Positions 40,463 to 53,544 of a stretch of 64,000 nt of DNA are shown one piece after another. Location: the NCBI GenBank assembly GCA_035493235.1, contig DATJIP010000106.1, positions 26,610 to 90,609 of the forward strand, given 5' to 3'. Below the pieces are notes generated by a model. That model was not told where the DNA came from. It saw only the letters and a list, made by a program, of their open reading frames with translations, and did not search any database. Numbering within the stretch: the first letter of the stretch is position 1; every line of letters begins with the position of its first letter. Origin of the DNA: Steroidobacteraceae bacterium. Lineage in GTDB: Bacteria > Pseudomonadota > Gammaproteobacteria > Steroidobacterales > Steroidobacteraceae. Position numbers and translations under genes: made by a program.

Positions 40463-41269
40463 ATGAGCGCCGAGCACTACGAAACCGGCGATGTGCCGCC
40501 CGCGAAGAATCCGGCTCGCGGCGTGTACTGGCTCCCGAACGTGTTCACCACGGGCACGCTGTTCGGCGGCTTTTACGCGATCGTCGCCGCCATCAACGGC
40601 GACTTCTCGCGCGCCGGCATCGCGATCTTCGTCGCGATGCTGTTCGATGGCCTGGACGGGCGCGTCGCGCGCTGGACCAACACGCAGAGCGACTTCGGCA
40701 AGGAATACGACAGCCTGTGCGACATGGTCGCGTTCGGCGTCGCGCCGGCGATCGTGACCTACCAATGGGGCATCGAGCGCATTGCCGACTACGGGAAGTT
40801 CTGGGGAAGGTTCGGCTGGCTTGCAGCGTTCTTCTACGCGGTCGCGGCTGCGCTGCGCTTGGCCCGTTTCAATGCTCGCGCGGCAACTGCCGACAAGCGC
40901 TACTTCGAGGGTCTGCCGAGCCCATCGGCCGCCGCGACAGTGGCGAGCTTCGTCTGGCTTGCGAGCGAGCTCGATCTTGGCGTCGAACGCACCACCGGCG
41001 GGCTGGCGGCACTGGTGCTGGCGTTCAGCATCACGATCTGCATCGGCGCGCTGATGGTCAGTCGCTTCTCGTACTGGAGCGGCAAAGAGCTGAACGTACG
41101 CGGGCGGATTCCTTGGGTGTACGCGCTGCTGATCCCGCTGCTCTACATCATGGTGTCGCTCGCGCCGGCATCGCTGTTCGCGCTGTTCGGCACCTATGCA
41201 TTGTCGGCGCCGTTGTTCTGGCTGTGGCGCAAGGTGTTCAAGAAGAAGCGGGTGGCGGAAAGCGGATAG
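40463..41269 (+). CDS. pssA: CDP-diacylglycerol--serine O-phosphatidyltransferase
   Basis: LPNVFT, DGLDGRVAR, YDSLCDMVAFG, LRLARFN, FEGLPSP. Confidence 0.93.
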   Translation: MSAEHYETGDVPPAKNPARGVYWLPNVFTTGTLFGGFYAIVAAINGDFSRAGIAIFVAMLFDGLDGRVARWTNTQSDFGKEYDSLCDMVAFGVAPAIVTYQWGIERIADYGKFWGRFGWLAAFFYAVAAALRLARFNARAATADKRYFEGLPSPSAAATVASFVWLASELDLGVERTTGGLAALVLAFSITICIGALMVSRFSYWSGKELNVRGRIPWVYALLIPLLYIMVSLAPASLFALFGTYALSAPLFWLWRKVFKKKRVAESG

Positions 41270-41272
41270 CGC

Positions 41273-41971
41273 ATGGCGGGGGCAATGGATTCACGTCGCG
41301 TGGCGTACCTGAAGGCGCTCGACATCGATGTCTGGGAGCGGCGTGATCATGCGCCCGCTGCCGACGTCGCAGTCGCGGCGCCCGTCGCCGACAGCGGCTC
41401 GCAGCCGGGCTGGGCCGAGCTCGAGCGTGCGGTGAAGACTTGCACGCTGTGCCCGCTGCACAAGACGCGTACGCAAGGCGTGTTCGGCGTCGGCAACCGT
41501 GCAGCGCAATGGATGGTGATCGGCGAGGCGCCGGGGGCTGACGAGGATCGCCAGGGCGAGCCGTTCGTTGGCCGCGCGGGCCAGCTCCTCAATTCGATGC
41601 TCAAGGCAATCGGCCTGCCGCGCGAGCACGTGTTCATCGCGAACATCCTCAAGTCGCGCCCGCCGAACAACCGCGATCCCAAGCCGGAGGAAGTGCAGGC
41701 CTGCATTCCCTACCTGTTCCGCCAGATCGAGCTGGTCAACCCGAAGCTGATCCTGTGCGTCGGGCGCATCGCCGCACAAACCCTGCTGGAGACCGACACG
41801 CCCATCGGTAAACTGCGTGGGCAGTTGCATCGCATCGCCGGGAACCGTCCGATGGTCGTCACCTATCATCCCGCTTATCTCCTGCGCAGCCCCGGCGAGA
41901 AGCGCAAGTCGTGGGCGGATCTGCTGCTTGCGCTGCGCACGTTCGAGCAAGCGACCGGAGCGGCGACGTGA
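41273..41971 (+). CDS. Family 4 uracil-DNA glycosylase with psi-like N-terminus
   Basis: [30 protein letters not shown]. Confidence 0.9.
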   Translation: MAGAMDSRRVAYLKALDIDVWERRDHAPAADVAVAAPVADSGSQPGWAELERAVKTCTLCPLHKTRTQGVFGVGNRAAQWMVIGEAPGADEDRQGEPFVGRAGQLLNSMLKAIGLPREHVFIANILKSRPPNNRDPKPEEVQACIPYLFRQIELVNPKLILCVGRIAAQTLLETDTPIGKLRGQLHRIAGNRPMVVTYHPAYLLRSPGEKRKSWADLLLALRTFEQATGAAT

Positions 41972-42456
41972 GCGCCGAGATCGATCGCTCCCGGCTGTTC
42001 GAGGCCGTGCGGTTTCGACCGATGGCGCTCACCGACGTGCCGGCAGTGGTCGCGGTGGAGCGCGCCTCGTACGTGTTCCCCTGGAGCGAGGGCGTGTTCC
42101 GCGACTGCATCCGCGTCGGTTATCTCTGTCGCGTGGTCGAATTCGCCGGCGAGGTCGCGGGCTACGGCATCATGTCGTACGGCGCGGGCGAAGCGCACAT
42201 TCTCAACATCTGCATCCGCAGCGATCTGCGCAGCGCCGGCGTCGGTCGTCGCCTGATGGATTTTCTGCTCGAGCGCGCGCGTGCGGCGGACATGCGCGAC
42301 GTTTTCCTCGAAGTGCGTCCGTCGAATCCCACCGCGATTCGCCTCTACGAAGCGCTCGGCTTCGCGCGCGTCGGCGTGCGCAAAGCTTATTACCAGGCCA
42401 GCGGCGGCCGCGAAGATGCCTGGGTGTATCGCCTCGCGCTCAGCGCGGCGCCGTAG
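41968..42456 (+). CDS. rimI: Ribosomal protein S18 alanine N-acetyltransferase
   Basis: [19 protein letters not shown]...EDA. Confidence 0.92.
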   Translation: MSAEIDRSRLFEAVRFRPMALTDVPAVVAVERASYVFPWSEGVFRDCIRVGYLCRVVEFAGEVAGYGIMSYGAGEAHILNICIRSDLRSAGVGRRLMDFLLERARAADMRDVFLEVRPSNPTAIRLYEALGFARVGVRKAYYQASGGREDAWVYRLALSAAP

Positions 42457-42470
42457 GAGGACTCCTGCCA

Positions 42471-44080
<1,610 letters not shown>

Positions 44081-44084
<4 letters not shown>

Positions 44085-45343
44085 GCACCTCGGCGGTAGT
44101 CGGCAATGCAGTACCGCGTCGCGTTGCGTTGAACGCGCTCATTGCGCTCTCGCTCCTCAATCTCCTCAACTATCTCGATCGCAATCTCGTCTCCGCGCTG
44201 GTCGAGCCGCTGCGGCACGAGTTCGGCGTCAGCGACTTGCGGATCGGCTTGCTCGGGACGGTCTTCCTGATCGTCTATACGATGGCAGCGCCGCTGTTCG
44301 GCTCGCTCGGCGATCGCGGCATTCGCACGCGAGTTCTCGCGGCCGGTGCGGTGTTGTGGAGCATCGCGACCTCGCTGTCCGGCTTTGCCCAGAATTTCGT
44401 GTCGCTGCTGTTCGCGCGCGGTGTGATCGGCGTCGGCGAAGCGGCGTACGTCACGGTATCGGCGAGCCTGCTCGCCGACTATTTCCCGCGCGATCGCCGC
44501 GCTCGCGCCTTCGCCGTGTTCTATCTCGCGATTCCGGTTGGCTCCGCGCTCGGCTTCATCGTCGGCGGCCTGATGGAGAAGCACTTCGGCTGGCGCTCGG
44601 CATTCTTCATCGCCGGTATTCCCGGCCTGCTGCTCGCGTTGTGGGTGCTGATGCTCAGAGAGCCGCAACGCGGTATTCAGGACCGCGATCAGCCGCTGCC
44701 GGCGGCGGCGTCCGACGAGGACATCTTTACGCGCGGCAAACGCTTTTTCCGGATCCGTCCGTACCGACTCGCAGTCGCCGGCTATACCGCTTACACGTTT
44801 GCCGTTGGCGGCCTCACGCTGTGGATGCCGGCATTTCTGGAGCGGATGCGCGGACTGGCGCGCGCCGACGCGACGATCGGTTTCGGTGCGGTCACCGTGG
44901 TCACGGGCCTGGTCGGAACGTTTGTCGGAGGCTGGCTCGCTGATCGCTTGTTGAAGCGCTACGGTCAGAATGCGTACTGCTGGGTGTCGGCAGTATCCGT
45001 GGCCGCAGCGATCCCGTTCGCCGTCGTCGCGCTGACGGTGCCGTCACCGACGATCTATTTCCCGGCGCTCGCGCTCGCGCAGTTCCTGCTCTTCGTCTCG
45101 ACGAGCCCGATCAACACTGCGATCGTGTCGTTCGTCGCGCCGCAGGACCGCGCCTCGGCCATGGCGGTCAGCGTCTTCATGATTCACGCGCTGGGCGACG
45201 TGATTTCACCGCCGCTCATCGGTCTCGTCTCGGATCACAGCTCGCTCGCGCACGGCGTGCTGCTCGTACCGATCGCGCTCGTCGCGTGCGCCTTCTTCTG
45301 GTGGCGTTCGGCGAACGTGCAGCCCGCACACGAACCCGCCTAG
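44081..45343 (+). CDS. MFS transporter (spinster-like)
   Basis: [16 protein letters not shown]; about 12 TM segments. Confidence 0.88.
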
Positions 45344-45367
45344 GACCCGCGACCGAAGTAGCGGTCG

Positions 45368-46192
45368 TTACCAGCGCGCTGGATCGACTCGGTAGTAGCG
45401 GCGCAGTTGCTCGTACAGGCCCGCATGTTGCAGCTCCAGCTCACGCGGCTTTTCGAAGAACGCTTCCGTGACGACCGCGAAGAACTCCGCCGGCGCGCTC
45501 GCTGCGTAAGGATCCAGAAACGTTGGTTGTCCCGCGCCGAGCATGGCGCGCAGCCGGTCGTATTCCTCCCAGAAGACTCTCGACCATTCGCGATACGCGC
45601 GCGGGCTGCCGAGACCCGGTGCGCCGTCCATCGTCTCGTCCTCCATGTCGAGGTAGTGCGCGAACTCGTGCAGCACGACGTTGTGACCGGTCGTGAGGCC
45701 GTCTTCGATGTCCTGCCACGACACGATGATCCGGCGCGAGTCCCACGCCTGGCCGGACAACACGCGCTGTCCTTCCGTCACCATGTGCCCGTCGCGCAGC
45801 GTGTGCGGCACGATGAACGGCGTCGGATACACCAGGATCGAAAACAGATCGTCGTAGAAGTGCGAGCGCGGGACATCGGGCCGGTTGACGACGAGCAGAC
45901 AGGCGTAGGCGGCGATCACCACGCGCATCTCTTCCGTGACCGTCAGCCCATTGCAGCCGACGAACGCCTTTTCGCCGACAAAGATCCGGATCAGCTCGTG
46001 CAGGCGCGGGCGCAGCTCGGGCGGCACGCGGGCGTAGATCGACGTGCGGGCGCGCAGCCAGTCCTGCCATTGCTCCGGAAACGTCTGGCGGGCCAGCAGC
46101 CGGCGCCGGCGGCGACGCCACCAGGCCTCGCCGGCGATGAACCACGCGGCGACACCTACGGCGATCGCGACCAGGAAGAAGAGCAGCAGCAC
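45368..46192 (-). CDS. M90 family zinc metallopeptidase (MtfA-like)
   Basis: NVVLHEFAH, PAEFFAVVTEAFFEKP. Confidence 0.88.
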   Translation of the reverse strand: MLLLFFLVAIAVGVAAWFIAGEAWWRRRRRRLLARQTFPEQWQDWLRARTSIYARVPPELRPRLHELIRIFVGEKAFVGCNGLTVTEEMRVVIAAYACLLVVNRPDVPRSHFYDDLFSILVYPTPFIVPHTLRDGHMVTEGQRVLSGQAWDSRRIIVSWQDIEDGLTTGHNVVLHEFAHYLDMEDETMDGAPGLGSPRAYREWSRVFWEEYDRLRAMLGAGQPTFLDPYAASAPAEFFAVVTEAFFEKPRELELQHAGLYEQLRRYYRVDPARW

Positions 46193-46243
46193 GCGAGGTT
46201 CTTCGTTATCGGCCAGTCCAGCGAGCCCAATGCGGGCGCCGCG

Positions 46244-48250
46244 TCAGACTTTCAACTGGTTGACCAGGAATTTCAGCCGGCTCAGCTCCGACCGGTTGAG
46301 CTGCGGCCCCCACGAACGCGGACCGTAGCGCAAGGCGACATAAAGATTGCGAGCTTCCCCGAGCTGCTGCGCGAGCTCCGGCCGGAGCTGCGACACGCGC
46401 GCGACGTAGTCGGTCGGCCCTTCGTGCGCCGCGCGCGGTAAGCCATGACGCGCGAGCTTGCGGCACAGCTGATCGTAGATCTGTGCGAGCGGATCGCGTG
46501 CGCGCGGACGGAAGCGCCACGCCAGGTATGCCGACATGAGCCCGAAGAATGCGACCAGCGTCAGCACCAGCGCGATCCCCAGCTCGCGCCAGTCGCCGTC
46601 ACCGATGTTCATGCGCTCGAGCAGCCACTGCTGTTGCGATTCGCCGAAATCGACGACCTGGTTGTTCCAGAACGTGTTCGCTGCATCCCACGTGAGGCGC
46701 AGGCGCGAGAGCCACGCGTTGTGGCGCATGAAACCGCCCAACGATTCGCCTCCGTCGCTCAGCACGGCTTCGAGCCCGCGCTCGATGCGATCCGGTGCGA
46801 CGGCGGCGGTCGGGTCGACGCGCACCCAGCCGCGGCCCTCGAGCCACACCTCCGACCACGCGTGTGCTTCCGACTGACGGATCAGCACATAGCCGTTGAG
46901 CGGATTGAATTCACCGCCCTGATAGCCGGTGACCACGCGTGCGGGAATGCCGGCGGCACGCGCCAGCATCGTGAACGCCGAGGCGAAGTGCTCGCAGAAT
47001 CCGCGGCGCGTGTTGAACAGGAAATCGTCGACCGAGTCGAGCCCGAGTCGGGGCGGCTCGAGCGTGTAGAAGAATTGCTCGTTGCGAAACTTGTCGAGCA
47101 CCGCGGCGATGAAAGCCTCGTCGCTGCCCGCACGCTCGCGCATCTCGCGGGCGAGGGCGGTCGAGCGCGGGTTGCGATCGTCGGGCAGGCGCAGATCGGC
47201 ATTGCGCATGGCTTGCGGCAAAGTTCCGATCACTGCGTAGCTCGTCGCCGACTCGAGGCGGAAGGAGCTCAGCGTGGCGATTGGCGCATCCGACCATAGC
47301 TGCAAGTCGGCAGCGCGGTTCACGCGCCGGTCCGGCCAGCGGGTCGGGGCGTCGAGTGCGAAGACCCAGCGTCGCTGGTGCGGCTCCAGCATCACCTCGT
47401 ATCGATACGTGCCGCCGACGGCCGTGACCTCCTGCGGCACGAAGCCGTAACGCCGCTGGCGCCAGGTGCGGCCGTCGAAGTCGTGCATCACGGGTCCGCG
47501 CCAATACAGCTCGCGCGCGGGCGGCAACGAGCCAGCGAATTTCGCGCGGAACGCCAGCGCGCCGGATACGCTGAGGTCGGAAACGTCGCCGGGCGTCATC
47601 TCGTCCGAGAGGCCGGTCGTTGCCGCGCCGCGGACCGGCACGACCGCCCAGAACTGACCTGGCAGGCGTGGGAACAGCAGGAACAACAGGATCGCAAGCG
47701 GCAGCGATTGCAGGAACATCTTGCCGGTGATGCCGACCGCTTCGCGCACCGACATCGACGTCGTCGTCTGATGGATGCGCATGAGCGTGACGGTCAACAG
47801 CCACGCAGTCACGAGCATGTATGGCAGCTGCAGCATGCTCTGGTTGTAGAGGAATGCCGCGAACAGCGCGAAGTAGGACAGAAAGACGATCACGGTGAGA
47901 TCGCGCACGGTGCGCGTCTCCAGCAGTTTCATGCCTGCCATCAAGACAAGCAGCGCGGTGCCTGCGTCGATGCCGTTGATGGTCCGGTAATCGAGCAGAA
48001 CGGCGAGAAGTGCCACGAACGCGAGCACGCCGCGCAGCCATTTTGGCGGCAGTTGCCACTGCTTGACCTCGATCGCGAGTCGCAGTGCCGCCGCGCCGGC
48101 GGCGAGCAGCAGGATCCAGGCCTTGATGTGCGAAGCGTGCGGCAACACCGAGAGCGTGAGTGCCGCGATCACCCACACGAGCCGTTGCAGCGTCGGCGGC
48201 CAGCTGGCCGCTGCCGTCACCGCCCAGCGCAGTGTTCTTGCCTCAGCCAC
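46244..48250 (-). CDS. DUF3488/transglutaminase-like membrane protein (TgpA-like)
   Basis: Multi-TM N-terminus; GFCEHFA, AHAWSEVW, RVDPT. Confidence 0.9.
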   Translation of the reverse strand: MAEARTLRWAVTAAASWPPTLQRLVWVIAALTLSVLPHASHIKAWILLLAAGAAALRLAIEVKQWQLPPKWLRGVLAFVALLAVLLDYRTINGIDAGTALLVLMAGMKLLETRTVRDLTVIVFLSYFALFAAFLYNQSMLQLPYMLVTAWLLTVTLMRIHQTTTSMSVREAVGITGKMFLQSLPLAILLFLLFPRLPGQFWAVVPVRGAATTGLSDEMTPGDVSDLSVSGALAFRAKFAGSLPPARELYWRGPVMHDFDGRTWRQRRYGFVPQEVTAVGGTYRYEVMLEPHQRRWVFALDAPTRWPDRRVNRAADLQLWSDAPIATLSSFRLESATSYAVIGTLPQAMRNADLRLPDDRNPRSTALAREMRERAGSDEAFIAAVLDKFRNEQFFYTLEPPRLGLDSVDDFLFNTRRGFCEHFASAFTMLARAAGIPARVVTGYQGGEFNPLNGYVLIRQSEAHAWSEVWLEGRGWVRVDPTAAVAPDRIERGLEAVLSDGGESLGGFMRHNAWLSRLRLTWDAANTFWNNQVVDFGESQQQWLLERMNIGDGDWRELGIALVLTLVAFFGLMSAYLAWRFRPRARDPLAQIYDQLCRKLARHGLPRAAHEGPTDYVARVSQLRPELAQQLGEARNLYVALRYGPRSWGPQLNRSELSRLKFLVNQLKV

Positions 48251-49220
48251 TGCTCGCCCGCTCGTCGAACAATGCCAACGCCGTCAGACAATGCTGTCGA
48301 TGCCCAGGACCGACGTTCGGCGCGATCTCCACGCCCGGCAATCGCAAACCGAATGCACGACCGGCCGCGTACGCGTCCTCGACCCAGCGACAGAGCTGCG
48401 ACAGGCGTGCTTCCGTGCCGAGGCCGTCGAGCGCATCCCAGTCGAAAGAATGCGAAGTCACTGCCGTGCCTGCGTAGAGCTTCACGTGCAGACCTTGCTC
48501 GCGGGCATACGCCTTCCACGCAATCCGTCGCGGCGAATCGCCGGGATGAAACGCCCGCAGGCCCGCAAAGTCCTCGTCGCCGCGTGTCGTCTCCTGGGCG
48601 CCGCCGGTGTCGGTTTCGAGCGGCGGCGGCGGCAGGCCGCGCGGACTCGGCTTCGGATAGACGACGCAGCGGATCTCCATGTTCAGATACGCCCACGCGC
48701 GAAACATGCCGAACGGATGTCGCGTCGTGATCTCGAACGAGTCGAGCGGCAACAGGCCGCGTTGCGGCGCTGGTACGTCGAGGTCCAGCACGACGCGCCC
48801 GCCCGGCTCGATACGCACCGGCGTGGCGATGCCGTACTCGTTGGCGATCGTCAGCTCATGGCGTGCCACCTTGGCATCGTTCTCGAGCGCGAGGCGGAAG
48901 CGCGCCGTCTGTCCCGCGAACACCGGCTCGCTGGCCGCCGAGCGGATGTGCACGCCGGCTAGATTGCGATGGCAGTAGTGCATCGCTGTGAGCGCCAGCG
49001 CACCGAGCATGAACGTGAGGCCGAGCGCGAGATTGTTCGCGTAGTTCATCGCGCCGAGGAACATCGCGAACAGCATCAGCGAGAAGGCGATGCCGAGCGA
49101 GCTCGGCACGATATAGATGCGGCGGCCGGAGAGGATCAGCGGATCGGAATCGATGCCGTGCCGCTTGCGCGCCCATTTGCGGGTGCGCGTGCGCAGGGCG
49201 GCGAGGGCGCGCGCGAGCAT
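48243..49220 (-). CDS. DUF58 domain protein
   Basis: HPFGMFRAW, DFAGLRAFHPGDSPRRIAWK. Confidence 0.88.
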   Translation of the reverse strand: MLARALAALRTRTRKWARKRHGIDSDPLILSGRRIYIVPSSLGIAFSLMLFAMFLGAMNYANNLALGLTFMLGALALTAMHYCHRNLAGVHIRSAASEPVFAGQTARFRLALENDAKVARHELTIANEYGIATPVRIEPGGRVVLDLDVPAPQRGLLPLDSFEITTRHPFGMFRAWAYLNMEIRCVVYPKPSPRGLPPPPLETDTGGAQETTRGDEDFAGLRAFHPGDSPRRIAWKAYAREQGLHVKLYAGTAVTSHSFDWDALDGLGTEARLSQLCRWVEDAYAAGRAFGLRLPGVEIAPNVGPGHRQHCLTALALFDERASSG

Positions 49221-49221
49221 T

Positions 49222-50172
49222 TCAGGGAACCGCGACGGCCCTCAGCACGAGATCGCCGATCTCGTTCGGCTTCGCGTCGTCGTTACGCGGCTTGAGGCGA
49301 TGACCGACGACGGCGCCGAGTACGGCCTGCACGTCTTCGGGCGTCACGCCCGGATGCGAATGGATCAAGGCCCACGCCTGTGCGGCACGCAGCAACGCGA
49401 TCGACGCGCGCGGCGACAAGCCCGCCTCGAATTGCGGCGATTCGCGCGTGAACCGCACGATGGCCTGGACGTAATCGAGCAGCGCGTCGGAAGCGTGGAC
49501 TCGCGGCACCATCATCTGCATCAGCAGCAGCTGCTGCGGCGACAGCGTCGGCGCCAGCGTCGCGAGCAGGTCGCGGCGATCCTGGCCGAGCAGGAGCTGA
49601 CGCTCCAGCGTCGCGTCGGGATAGCCGAGCTGGATGCGCATGAGGAAACGATCGAGCTGCGATTCCGGCAACGGATACGTGCCGATCTGGTACACCGGAT
49701 TCTGCGTGCCGATCACGAAGAACGGATTCGCCAGCGGATAAGTCTGGCCATCCGCCGTCACCTGGTGCTCTTCCATCGCTTCCAGCAGCGCGCTCTGCGC
49801 TTTCGGTGTGGCGCGATTGATCTCGTCGGCGAGCACCAGCTGCGCGAACACCGGGCCCTTGTGGAAATTGAAGGTACTGGTCTCGCGCTCGAATACCGAT
49901 ACGCCGATGATGTCTGCGGGCAGCAGGTCGCTGGTGAACTGGATGCGTTGGTACGACAGGCCGAGCGATTCGGCGAGCGCGTGAGCGAGCGTCGTCTTAC
50001 CGACGCCGGGAATGTCTTCGATCAGCAAATGACCGCGCGCCAGCATGCAGGAGATCGACAGCCGCAGCTGCTGCTCCTTGCCGAGGATGATGCGGTTGAG
50101 CTGCGCGATCGTCGGGCCGATCAGCTCGACCGGGTCCGCCTGCGTGATGAGAGTGGGGATGGCGGCGTCCAT
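49222..50172 (-). CDS. MoxR-family AAA+ ATPase
   Basis: GVGKTT, RIQFTSDLLPAD, DEINR, LPESQLDRF. Confidence 0.93.
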   Translation of the reverse strand: MDAAIPTLITQADPVELIGPTIAQLNRIILGKEQQLRLSISCMLARGHLLIEDIPGVGKTTLAHALAESLGLSYQRIQFTSDLLPADIIGVSVFERETSTFNFHKGPVFAQLVLADEINRATPKAQSALLEAMEEHQVTADGQTYPLANPFFVIGTQNPVYQIGTYPLPESQLDRFLMRIQLGYPDATLERQLLLGQDRRDLLATLAPTLSPQQLLLMQMMVPRVHASDALLDYVQAIVRFTRESPQFEAGLSPRASIALLRAAQAWALIHSHPGVTPEDVQAVLGAVVGHRLKPRNDDAKPNEIGDLVLRAVAVP

Positions 50173-50176
50173 GGAA

Positions 50177-52969
50177 CTACGCCCGGCGCTGCGCGACCAG
50201 TGCGCTCACCGCCTGCTCCTGCTGCTCAACCTCGGCGACCTGGCGCCGCAGGATCGCGACGCGCGTATGCACTTCAGCGACTCTTTCGGCCGGGGCCTTG
50301 CCGACGAACTCGGGGTTGCTCAACTTGCCTTCCTCTTTGCCGAGGTCCTGCTGTGTTTTCGCCTTGCGCTTCTGCAAACGCGCCAGCTCCGCGGCCGGGT
50401 CATCGATCAATCCTGCCAGCGGCGAGGAGATCGTGCGCTGCTCGATGCTCGCGGTTGCCGACGGCGGCAGATGTTCGCCGGCTGCGACGATGTGCAGCTG
50501 CCCGATTCGGCCAACTGCCTTGATCACGCCAAGGCTCGCGGTCAGAGAGTGCTGATCGTCCGCATGCGGCGACTGGTAGTGGATCACAATTTCGCGACTT
50601 TGCGGGATATCGAGCTGCCCCCGAATCTGCCGCGCACCGAGGATCGCCGCCTTGATCGCGGCGATTGCGCGCTCCGCAGCCGCGTCCTGCGGAAACTCCG
50701 TAGCCGAGGGATAGGGCTGCAGCATGATCGTCGGGGCTGATACGACTTCGGAGGGACGCGCGGCGAGCGACGCGACCGACTGCCAGATCTCTTCGGTGAT
50801 GAACGGCATCATCGGGTGCAGCAGTCGCAAATACGTTTCGAGCACCTGCACGAGCGTCTGGCGCGTACCGCGCTTCTGCGCGGCGCTCGCATCTGCCGAT
50901 TGCAGCGCGGGCTTGGACAATTCCAGATACCAGTCGCAGTACTCGTACCAGGCAAATTCGTACAACGCCTGCGCGGCCAGATCGAAGCGGTACTCCTCGA
51001 GCCGTGCGCGGACTTCGCCGATGGTCGCGCCGAGGCGCGAGCGGATCCAGCGATCGGCGGGTGAGTACGCGACTTCTCGGCCTTGCTGTCCGCAGTCCTG
51101 GCCCTCCGTGTTCATCAACACGTAGCGCGCCGCGTTCCACAACTTGTTGCAGAAGTTCTTGTAGCCGTCGATGCGACCGAGATCGAAACGAATGTCGCGG
51201 CCCATCGTCGCGAGCGCGCATAGCGTGAAGCGCAACGCGTCTGCTCCGTGTGCGGGAATGCCGCTCGGAAACTGTTTGCGTGTGTTCTTCTCGATCTTGG
51301 CGCGCAGATGCGTCTGCATCAGGCCGGTGGTGCGTTTGGCGACCAGCGACTCGATGTCGATGCCGTCGATGAGGTCGATCGGGTCGATGATGTTGCCCTT
51401 CGACTTCGACATCTTGTCGCCGTGCTCGTCGCGGATCAGACCGGTGATGTAGACGTCGCGGAACGGCACGTCGCCGGCGAACTTCAGCCCCATCATCATC
51501 ATGCGCGCGACCCAGAAGAAGATGATGTCGAAGCCGGTCACCAGCACGCTGGTCGGATAGAACGTGTTCATCTGCGGCGTCGCTTCCGGCCAGCCGAGCG
51601 TGGAGAACGGCCACAGCGCGGAAGAGAACCACGTGTCGAGCACGTCCTCGTCACGCGTCAGTTTCTTGCCGCCGGCCTTGGCCTGCGCTTCCGCCTCCGA
51701 GCGTGCGACGTAGATGTTGCCGCTCTCGTCGTACCACGCGGGAATGCGATGACCCCACCACAACTGCCGGCTGACGCACCAGTCCTGGATCTTGTTCATC
51801 CACTGGAAGTATTCCTTCGACCAGCTCTCCGGCACGAAACGCGTGCGGCCGTCTTCGACGGCTTTGATCGCGGGCTCGGCGAGCGGCGCGATGCGCACGT
51901 ACCACTGATCGGTCAGCCACGGCTCGAGCACGGCGCCGCTGCGATCGCCGCGCGGCACCTGAAGTGTGTGCGGCTCGACCTTTTCGAGCAGGCCCAGCGC
52001 CTCGAAGTCGGCGACGATGAGATCTCGCGCCACCTTTCGATCGAGTCCGCGGTATTTCTGCGGCACTTCGTCATTCAACGCCGCATTCTCATCGAAGATG
52101 TTGATGAGCGGCAGGTTGTGCCGCTTGCCGACTTCATAGTCGTTGAAGTCGTGCCCTGGAGTGATCTTCACGCAGCCGGAGCCGAACGCCGGATCGGCGA
52201 ACTCGTCGCCGATCACCGGAATCAGCCGATCCGCAAGCGGCAGACGGATCTGCTTGCCGATCAAATGGCGATAGCGCTCGTCGTCGGGATGCACCGCGAC
52301 CGCGGTATCGCCGAGCATCGTCTCGGGCCGCGTCGTCGCGACCACGAGATGACCGCTGCCATCCGCGAGCGGATAACGCAGATGCCAGAGCTTCCCTTGC
52401 TCGGGCTCCGACAGCACTTCGAGATCCGACAGCGCCGTGTGCAGCACCGGATCCCAGTTGACGAGCCGCTTGCCGCGATAGATCAGACCATCCTCGTACA
52501 AGCGCACGAACACGTCAGTGACGACGGCCGACAGGCCCTCGTCCATCGTGAAGCGATCGCGCGACCAGTCGACTGAATTGCCGAGGCGCCGCTCCTGCCG
52601 GAGGATCGTGCCGCCGGACTGTTCCTTCCATTGCCACACGCGCTCGACGAATCCTTCGCGCCCGAGATCGAGCCGATGCTTGCCTTCGGCGTTCAATTGC
52701 CGCTCGACCACCATCTGCGTGGCGATGCCGGCGTGATCGGTGCCGGGTTGCCACAGCGTGTTGAAGCCAAGCATGCGGTGCTGGCGCGTGAGCGTGTCCA
52801 TCAGCGTGTGCTGAAAGGCGTGGCCCATGTGCAGCGTGCCAGTAACGTTCGGCGGCGGGATCACGATGGAGTAGGGCGCACCGGTTCCGGACGGCGCGAA
52901 CCAGCCGTTCGCCTCCCAGCGTTGGTAGAGGCGCTGCTCGATTTCTCGCGGGTCGTAAGTCTTTTCCAT
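50177..52969 (-). CDS. valS: Valine--tRNA ligase
   Basis: [26 protein letters not shown]. Confidence 0.97.
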   Translation of the reverse strand: MEKTYDPREIEQRLYQRWEANGWFAPSGTGAPYSIVIPPPNVTGTLHMGHAFQHTLMDTLTRQHRMLGFNTLWQPGTDHAGIATQMVVERQLNAEGKHRLDLGREGFVERVWQWKEQSGGTILRQERRLGNSVDWSRDRFTMDEGLSAVVTDVFVRLYEDGLIYRGKRLVNWDPVLHTALSDLEVLSEPEQGKLWHLRYPLADGSGHLVVATTRPETMLGDTAVAVHPDDERYRHLIGKQIRLPLADRLIPVIGDEFADPAFGSGCVKITPGHDFNDYEVGKRHNLPLINIFDENAALNDEVPQKYRGLDRKVARDLIVADFEALGLLEKVEPHTLQVPRGDRSGAVLEPWLTDQWYVRIAPLAEPAIKAVEDGRTRFVPESWSKEYFQWMNKIQDWCVSRQLWWGHRIPAWYDESGNIYVARSEAEAQAKAGGKKLTRDEDVLDTWFSSALWPFSTLGWPEATPQMNTFYPTSVLVTGFDIIFFWVARMMMMGLKFAGDVPFRDVYITGLIRDEHGDKMSKSKGNIIDPIDLIDGIDIESLVAKRTTGLMQTHLRAKIEKNTRKQFPSGIPAHGADALRFTLCALATMGRDIRFDLGRIDGYKNFCNKLWNAARYVLMNTEGQDCGQQGREVAYSPADRWIRSRLGATIGEVRARLEEYRFDLAAQALYEFAWYEYCDWYLELSKPALQSADASAAQKRGTRQTLVQVLETYLRLLHPMMPFITEEIWQSVASLAARPSEVVSAPTIMLQPYPSATEFPQDAAAERAIAAIKAAILGARQIRGQLDIPQSREIVIHYQSPHADDQHSLTASLGVIKAVGRIGQLHIVAAGEHLPPSATASIEQRTISSPLAGLIDDPAAELARLQKRKAKTQQDLGKEEGKLSNPEFVGKAPAERVAEVHTRVAILRRQVAEVEQQEQAVSALVAQRRA

Positions 52970-53028
52970 GGTCTCAAGGTATGCTCGGCACTCGCCTGCA
53001 TTTAACCGTAGTAACCAACGCTAAGTCC

Positions 53029-53490
53029 ATGAGCCAAGTCCATTTGCCGGGCCGTTTCAGCTATTTCCTGCGCGTCCGTTATGGCGAGTGCGACGCACAG
53101 AAGGTCGTCTTCAACTCGCGGTATGGCGAGTACGTCGACCTCGCCGCCGGGGAATTTCTGCGCACGCTCGGATTCGAGCACGAGATCCAGACCGCCGAGC
53201 TCGACTACCAGGTGGTGAAGCAGACGACCGAGTGGCGGGCGCCGGCACGCTTCGACCAGGTGCTGGAGATCTCGGTGAGCACCAAGCACCTCGGCACGAC
53301 GTCCTTCACGCTCGCGACCGAATTCCGCATCGCCGGCGAGGAAGCGCTGATCGCGACCAGCGAGAGCGTGTACGTGCACGTGGATACGCACACGTTGCAG
53401 AAGGCACCGATCCCGGCGCGGTTACGCGCTGCGTTGGAGCGGGGCGCGCCGGGCAAGCGCGTGGACCACGCAGCGCATCTGTCAGGCTAA
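53029..53490 (+). CDS. Acyl-CoA thioesterase (4HBT/YbgC hotdog fold)
   Basis: VRYGECDAQKVVFNSRY. Start 53029 or 52981. Confidence 0.85.
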   Translation: MSQVHLPGRFSYFLRVRYGECDAQKVVFNSRYGEYVDLAAGEFLRTLGFEHEIQTAELDYQVVKQTTEWRAPARFDQVLEISVSTKHLGTTSFTLATEFRIAGEEALIATSESVYVHVDTHTLQKAPIPARLRAALERGAPGKRVDHAAHLSG

Positions 53491-53540
53491 AGCCTGACCC
53501 ACAGGTCCAGAAGCATTGTGAGGGTCAGGCTTCAGCCTGG
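53481..53540. repeat. REP-like inverted doublet (GTGG + GTCAGGCT-TT-AGCCTGAC type palindrome)
   Basis: 53481-53503 reverse complement tgtgggtcaggctttagcctgac; 53517-53540 tgtgagggtcaggcttcagcctgg. Confidence 0.7.
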
Positions 53541-53544
53541 CTCT

